This document shows, in pieces, positions 59,190-64,000 of a stretch of DNA of 64,000 nt. Each line of letters starts with the position of its first letter. Position 1 is the first letter of the stretch. The DNA comes from Bacteroidota bacterium (lineage in GTDB: Bacteria > Bacteroidota > Bacteroidia > NS11-12g > UBA955). The notes beneath the pieces were generated by a model that did not search any database, was not told the DNA's origin, and saw only the letters and a list, made by a program, of their open reading frames with translations. The position numbers were made by a program, and so were the translations under genes. The stretch spans positions 280-64,279 of the forward strand of contig CANFXY010000001.1 in assembly GCA_947451105.1 (NCBI GenBank), given 5' to 3'.

Positions 59190-59879
59190 CTATTTTCCTT
59201 TGGCTTCTGTTTTAGGTGCGTTGATGTGCTTCATGCTGATGATTTTAACCGGTGCATTTGGTCTGTCGTTCATTCCGGTTGGAACTGCAGCAATTTTGTC
59301 TACGATGTCCAAACCTTTAACCGTTTCTCCGAAGACAGTGTATTGACCATCTAAAAATGGAGTTGCTACATGACAAATGTAAAATTGAGAACCACTAGAT
59401 GCACGCTCAGGGTTTTCAGTTCTAGCCGCAGCCAATGAACCTTTGTTGTGTCTATACAATGGACTGATTTCCGCAGGAATCAAATAACCTGGTCCGCCCA
59501 TCCCGTCGTTAGAAGGGTCAGCATCTTTGCTTAAAGGGTCACCTGTTTGAATCATAAAGTTTCTTATAACACGGTGGAATAAAATGCCATTGTAGAAATT
59601 AGAGTTTACCAATTTTAAGAAGTTGTCATGGTGCAAAGGTGTTTCATTGTACAACACAACAACAATATCTCCCATGCTTGTTTTGATCAAAACAGAGTCT
59701 CTGTCTTTTTTAATGGTATCTGCAGGGGCAGCTTGCTCTGCTGGTTCCGGCGCCATTGCGCCAATACTAGAATCCGTATAGGTTTCTTCTTTTGCTGCAT
59801 CGCTGCTGTTGTTGCAAGTGGCAGTTGCCAATAATACGCTAAGGGCAGTAATGCCAATGTGGTTTAGTAAGTATTTCAT
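59190..59879 (-). CDS. Cyclophilin-type peptidyl-prolyl cis-trans isomerase, lipoprotein (tandem paralogue)
   Basis: FHRVIRNFMIQTGDP, GSQFYI motifs. Signal peptide with Cys (ATATCNNSS). 3-nt spacer to the paralogue. Confidence 0.9.
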   Translation of the reverse strand: MKYLLNHIGITALSVLLATATCNNSSDAAKEETYTDSSIGAMAPEPAEQAAPADTIKKDRDSVLIKTSMGDIVVVLYNETPLHHDNFLKLVNSNFYNGILFHRVIRNFMIQTGDPLSKDADPSNDGMGGPGYLIPAEISPLYRHNKGSLAAARTENPERASSGSQFYICHVATPFLDGQYTVFGETVKGLDIVDKIAAVPTGMNDRPNAPVKIISMKHINAPKTEAKGK

Positions 59880-60232
59880 AAAATCTGTTCGTTGATAAAA
59901 TATTCAATGATGTGTTCGCGAATATAAGTTTCCTGTTCCAAAAGTGCCATATCTGGAAGTGGATTTTTTAGTTTCCAATGCGGCCATCCGTCGTCGTCGG
60001 TGCCTACCAATTCATAATGGTCTGAATAGCTTAGGATTTTGCAAGTTGCAATGTGCATGAGGGAAACTTTGTCATCTTTTTTGAAATTGCTTTCTTTTAA
60101 ATGGCCCAGCTCACGCATGCCAATGATAAACAATAAGGCATCAAGGTCAGGACGTTTACCAAATCTCTTTTCGATAAATGCAATAATGTCTTGCCAAATT
60201 TGTTTGCGGTCTAAGTCCGGTTTTTCTTCCAT
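59876..60232 (-). CDS. Conserved hypothetical protein (118 aa)
   Basis: ATGA overlap with the downstream PPIase gene and abuts def. Acidic soluble protein. Confidence 0.5.
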   Translation of the reverse strand: MEEKPDLDRKQIWQDIIAFIEKRFGKRPDLDALLFIIGMRELGHLKESNFKKDDKVSLMHIATCKILSYSDHYELVGTDDDGWPHWKLKNPLPDMALLEQETYIREHIIEYFINEQIL

Positions 60233-60783
60233 TATTTTTTAGGGAAACGCATTTTGTAACTGTGTTCAACTCTTCCAAGGCTGATGTTGTTTAATTTGCC
60301 TTTAATAAGATTTCTTTTAAGTGGAGAGATTTTATCTACAAACAATTTGCCTTCAATGTGGTCGTATTCATGCTGTATAATCCTTGCTGCCATCCCATCG
60401 TAGGTTTTTTCTTGTTCTTTGAAGTTCTCATCCATGTATTTGATGCGCAACTCAGGTTTGCGCGATACATTCTCATGTATGGTCGGGATGCTCAAACAAC
60501 CTTCTTCATATTTCCATTCTTCTCCCCATTCTTCTAAAATAACAGGGTTGATAAAAGTTTGTTTAAAACCTTCTGGCTTGATGCCTTCAATTGGAGAACC
60601 GTCGACGATGAACACTCTGATTGGCAAACCAATTTGTGGAGCGGCTAATCCAATTCCATGGCTATCGTACATGGTTTCGTACATGTTCTCTAATAATTCT
60701 TTTAAATTAGGGTACTCCAATTCAATGTCTGTACACTTTTTTCTAAGCACTGGGCTTCCGTAGGCGTATATCGGTAATATCAT
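60232..60783 (-). CDS. def: Peptide deformylase
   Basis: Motifs GIGLAAPQIG, EGCLSIP, QHEYDHIEG. Confidence 0.95.
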   Translation of the reverse strand: MILPIYAYGSPVLRKKCTDIELEYPNLKELLENMYETMYDSHGIGLAAPQIGLPIRVFIVDGSPIEGIKPEGFKQTFINPVILEEWGEEWKYEEGCLSIPTIHENVSRKPELRIKYMDENFKEQEKTYDGMAARIIQHEYDHIEGKLFVDKISPLKRNLIKGKLNNISLGRVEHSYKMRFPKK

Positions 60784-61190
60784 TTAATTTCCAAATAAAG
60801 CTGCAAAATTAATGCAGCGGCAACTGTATCTACAAGTTTTTTATTTTGTCTAGCTACTTTTTTGTAACCAGCATCGATTAGTGTTTGTTTTGCCATCCTG
60901 CTTGTTAAGCGTTCATCGATCATCACAATGGGCATTTCAGGGAACAATTCAATCAATTTTAACTTAAATGCCTCCACTAAAGGAGTCGCATCTGTATCAG
61001 AACCATCTAATCTTTTGGGCGCACCTAAAACAATTGTTTCAACTGGCTCCTTAGAGAAATAGTCTTTTAAAAACTCAAATATTTTTGGTGTGTCTATTGT
61101 TACCAAGGGTTGCGCAATGATTTGCATGGGATCAGTGACAGCAATCCCAACCCTTTTTTTTCCATAGTCTATAGCGAGAATTCTTCCCAT
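60780..61190 (-). CDS. ruvX: Holliday-junction resolvase-like RNase YqgF/RuvX
   Basis: MGRILAIDYGKKRVGIAVTD N-terminus, 136 aa, overlaps the def start by 4 nt. Confidence 0.9.
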   Translation of the reverse strand: MGRILAIDYGKKRVGIAVTDPMQIIAQPLVTIDTPKIFEFLKDYFSKEPVETIVLGAPKRLDGSDTDATPLVEAFKLKLIELFPEMPIVMIDERLTSRMAKQTLIDAGYKKVARQNKKLVDTVAAALILQLYLEIK

Positions 61191-61245
61191 TTTACATCCG
61201 CAAATTGCATTTTTAATTCAGTGATAAAAAAATTACTTTCGCACA

Positions 61246-62481
61246 ATGATGCATTTAGAAGAAGGGAGATATAAAATTGATGGTGTAGACGTACTTGATT
61301 TAATCAATCAATACGATTCTCCACTTTATGTTTACAGTGCGGAAACCATGAAAATGCAATACGAAAAGTTAAGCAAAGCTTTTCCTGGTGTAAAATTGGG
61401 TTTGCACTATGCATGTAAAGCATTAAGCAATGTCAATGTTTTAAAATACATGAAGCAGTTGGGCGCGGGACTTGATGCTGTATCTATTCAGGAAGTGTAT
61501 TTGGGCTTACACGCTGGTTTTAATCCTGAACACATTCTGTATACACCCAATGGGGTTGGTATGGAAGAAATTGAACTCACAGTTAAAGAGGGTGTGAAAA
61601 TTAACATCGACAACATTTCGATATTGGAGCAGTTTGGTGCCAAGTATGGCAACTCCGTCCCTGTATGTATTCGTGTTAATCCACACATTATGGCTGGTGG
61701 TAACACCAAAATATCTACAGGGCACATTGATTCTAAATTTGGTATTTCTTATTACCAATTGAGACATGTTACCCGTGTGGTAAAATTATACGACATCAAT
61801 GTTGAAGGTTTGCACATGCATACCGGAAGTGATATATTGGATGCAGAGGTATTTATCCGTGGTGCAGAATTGTTGTTTGAAGCAGCCCAAGATTTTAAAG
61901 ACCTAAAGTTTATGGACTTTGGTAGCGGTTTTAAAGTGGCATACAAAGAAGCTGATATTACGACCGACATCAACGATATAGGCGGAAAAATTGCAAGCAG
62001 GTTTAAAGAATTCTGCAAACAATATGGCCGAGAACTTGAACTTTGGTTTGAGCCTGGAAAATATTTAGTAAGTGAAGCAGGTTTCTTTTTTGTCAAAACC
62101 AATATCGTTAAACAAACCACAAGCACCATGTTTGCAGGAGTTGATAGTGGGTTAAACCATCTTATCCGTCCAATGTTGTACGATGCCTACCACAAAATAA
62201 CAAACATCAGTCACCCAACAGGCACCGAAAGAATTTATGCCGTAGTTGGATATATCTGCGAGACAGATACTTTTGGATGGGACCGTAAATTGAATGAGGT
62301 TAGGGAAGGTGATATTCTCGCTTTCCACAATGCAGGTGCATATGGTTTTAGTATGGCCAGCAACTACAATTCAAGATACAGACCAGCAGAGGTTTTAATC
62401 GTTAATGGAAAAGCTGAGCTTGTACGCAAAAGAGAGTCATTTGACGATTTGCTGCGCAATCAGGTTGAAATAGAGTTATAG
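61246..62481 (+). CDS. lysA: Diaminopimelate decarboxylase
   Basis: Fold-III PLP decarboxylase: PLYVYS, YACKAL (PLP Lys), GLHMHTGS, EPGKYLV, CETDTF motifs. 411 aa. Confidence 0.9.
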   Translation: MMHLEEGRYKIDGVDVLDLINQYDSPLYVYSAETMKMQYEKLSKAFPGVKLGLHYACKALSNVNVLKYMKQLGAGLDAVSIQEVYLGLHAGFNPEHILYTPNGVGMEEIELTVKEGVKINIDNISILEQFGAKYGNSVPVCIRVNPHIMAGGNTKISTGHIDSKFGISYYQLRHVTRVVKLYDINVEGLHMHTGSDILDAEVFIRGAELLFEAAQDFKDLKFMDFGSGFKVAYKEADITTDINDIGGKIASRFKEFCKQYGRELELWFEPGKYLVSEAGFFFVKTNIVKQTTSTMFAGVDSGLNHLIRPMLYDAYHKITNISHPTGTERIYAVVGYICETDTFGWDRKLNEVREGDILAFHNAGAYGFSMASNYNSRYRPAEVLIVNGKAELVRKRESFDDLLRNQVEIEL

Positions 62482-62531
62482 ATCTCTTTAGATTTAATCA
62501 CTTTTAGGCGGTTCAAAATTTCTTTCTATAT

Positions 62532-63839
62532 TTGTTAAAGAATATTTTGAAAAGATTGGCTTTAATAGTTTTCATGTTTTTTGTTTTGACCCCAACTATT
62601 TTGTGGTCACAAGGCCAATTGGAATGTGGTTTTAACAACGATTTTTTTAGTCCGAGCTACAGTGCATGGTATCAAAAGGCTGTATTGGAATCAACAAAAA
62701 CAAATCAAAACAAACGGTGGACAGAAACCAGAGATACGGTTTTGACCATTCCTGTTGTCTTTCATTTTATTTACCCGCCGAACAATCCATCGGACAAATC
62801 GCTTATGGCGAAAATAATGGCTGAAATCAATGCGGACTTTTCACGCTTAAATTCAGATACCATCAATCTGAGATCAATATTTAAAAGCAGAGCAGCCAAC
62901 TCCAAAATTCGATTTGTATTGGTCGACAAAGACGAGAAAGGTCAGGCCAGCAGAGGTTACACGGTTCGTCTGAATATGCTAACGTTTGGCAAAGAACCGA
63001 GTCAGCCGTTCAGCGCCTCTCATAAAATGAAGTTTGATTCTTGTGGGGGAATAGCGCCTTGGAACACTAAAAAGTATTTAAACATTTGGGTATGTAATTT
63101 AATGTCTCCCCAATCGGGTAAAACCTATTATGCAGGTTTTGCTACCGTACCTAAGAATGCACCACATTGGTCGCCAATATATTATGCCGATAGTTTAATT
63201 GATGGCATTGTACTTGATAATTCGACCTATTCAAATTGGAACCGATCAAGCATATTAACCCACGAAATTGGTCATTATTTAGGATTGATGCATGTTTCAG
63301 GTGATCCCCCAGGAGGCTTTTTTGATAGTGCTTCGATGTGTACATACGATGATTCAATTTTTGATACACCAAGGGTTTTGCATCAAAACTATTACACCTG
63401 TGATAAATCTATAAATTCATGCATTGAGCCTGTGAATGATTTTCCAGATATGCTTGAAAACTTCATGGACTATACAGGCGACAATTGTCGAAATACGTTT
63501 ACCAAGCAACAAGCTTTTTTAATGCGGTATTGTCTGATTACCTTGAGGCCTGAATTGCCCATACTAGACATTAAATCTAAGACCAAATTAGCAGATTTCT
63601 CTGTTAATATCTACCCCAATCCAAACAATGGTATTCTTCACATTGATTTTAAAGATTCTTTCTCTAATAATTATTCATTTGTTATTTACGATTGTTTGGG
63701 TAGGAATGTTTTGCATTCAAATATTGTAAATCCTAATTCAGTTGTAAATATTGAGTCTTTGTCAAGTGGACTCTATGAATTAGCCATTCTGAGAGAGGAA
63801 TCTGAAGTAATTTTCAGGAAATCAATCTATAAAGATTGA
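62532..63839 (+). CDS. Secreted metzincin zinc metalloprotease (M43/pappalysin-like) with T9SS C-terminal sorting domain
   Basis: Signal peptide, HEIGHYLGLMH zinc motif, C-terminus NIYPNPNNGILHIDF...GLYELAIL type-A T9SS CTD. Confidence 0.8.
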   Translation: MLKNILKRLALIVFMFFVLTPTILWSQGQLECGFNNDFFSPSYSAWYQKAVLESTKTNQNKRWTETRDTVLTIPVVFHFIYPPNNPSDKSLMAKIMAEINADFSRLNSDTINLRSIFKSRAANSKIRFVLVDKDEKGQASRGYTVRLNMLTFGKEPSQPFSASHKMKFDSCGGIAPWNTKKYLNIWVCNLMSPQSGKTYYAGFATVPKNAPHWSPIYYADSLIDGIVLDNSTYSNWNRSSILTHEIGHYLGLMHVSGDPPGGFFDSASMCTYDDSIFDTPRVLHQNYYTCDKSINSCIEPVNDFPDMLENFMDYTGDNCRNTFTKQQAFLMRYCLITLRPELPILDIKSKTKLADFSVNIYPNPNNGILHIDFKDSFSNNYSFVIYDCLGRNVLHSNIVNPNSVVNIESLSSGLYELAILREESEVIFRKSIYKD

Positions 63840-64000
63840 GGCTTGCGGATAAACCTTCCTATTAGAATTAACAGCGTAATAAATAAAGCTGAATAGAAAG
63901 AAACTTTACCAATGATGTTTCCATATTGGGTGTAAAATGTTATTTTATCGTAGGGGTAAATGGTACATTTAAATGCGGTTCTCTCGTTGTATTTGGTTTG
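63827..64000 (-). CDS. Possible 3' end of a minus-strand gene running off the window (C-terminal 57 codons, hydrophobic tail)
   Basis: Frame open from nt 64000 down to TAG at 63829..63827. Translation ...GNIIGKVSFYSALFITLLILIGRFIRKPQSL. Overlaps the last 13 nt of the M43 gene. Not in the ORF table because it lacks a start within the window. Confidence 0.3.
   Translation of the reverse strand, partial: QTKYNERTAFKCTIYPYDKITFYTQYGNIIGKVSFYSALFITLLILIGRFIRKPQSL

Overview
AT-rich chromosomal segment (read by eye, not computed) that looks Bacteroidota-like (Flavobacteriia/Sphingobacteriia-type). The basis is three proteins ending in type-A T9SS C-terminal sorting domains, a Wzc with a fused BY-kinase, and intergenic spacers without Shine-Dalgarno sequences. 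Housekeeping genes make up the backbone: partial gyrB, guaA, an RsmB/NOP2-like RNA methyltransferase, ychF, glmM, ppk1, a DEAD-box helicase, rbfA, def, ruvX and lysA. Embedded in it is a tightly packed Wzx/Wzy-dependent polysaccharide (EPS/CPS/O-antigen-like) locus of about 22 kb (5.7-27.4 kb). The locus encodes Wza, a Wzc BY-kinase, a Wzx flippase, a Wzy-like polymerase, nine glycosyltransferases (GT4, GT2, a GT8-like and a GT9-like), an AsnB-type amidotransferase, an acetyltransferase, a NodB deacetylase fusion, and a divergently oriented initiating polyprenyl-phosphate sugar transferase. The locus abuts the 3' end of a tRNA-Lys(TTT). Further on are an EEP-ppk1-OMP operon and a 1662-aa T9SS-secreted adhesin-like protein (beta-propeller + PA14 + six tandem Ig-like repeats). 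Next comes an SOS-type mutagenesis operon, umuD-umuC-SRAP(YedK-like), in which both gene junctions are TAATG stop/start overlaps. After it lie a DUF1800/DUF1501 pair, whose DUF1501 member carries both a Tat-like leader and a T9SS sorting domain. The rest of the window holds a beta-CASP MBL nuclease, an alkyltransferase-like (ATL) protein with a Cys-to-Ala active site, a TlpA-like thioredoxin with a CGHC motif, pnuC, a LysE exporter, tandem cyclophilin lipoproteins and an M43-like metzincin with a T9SS tail. I saw no CRISPR array, integrase, transposase or obvious defence cassette. The most system-like novelties I can support from sequence are the umuDC-SRAP operon, the DUF1800/DUF1501-T9SS pair and several unusual components of the polysaccharide locus.
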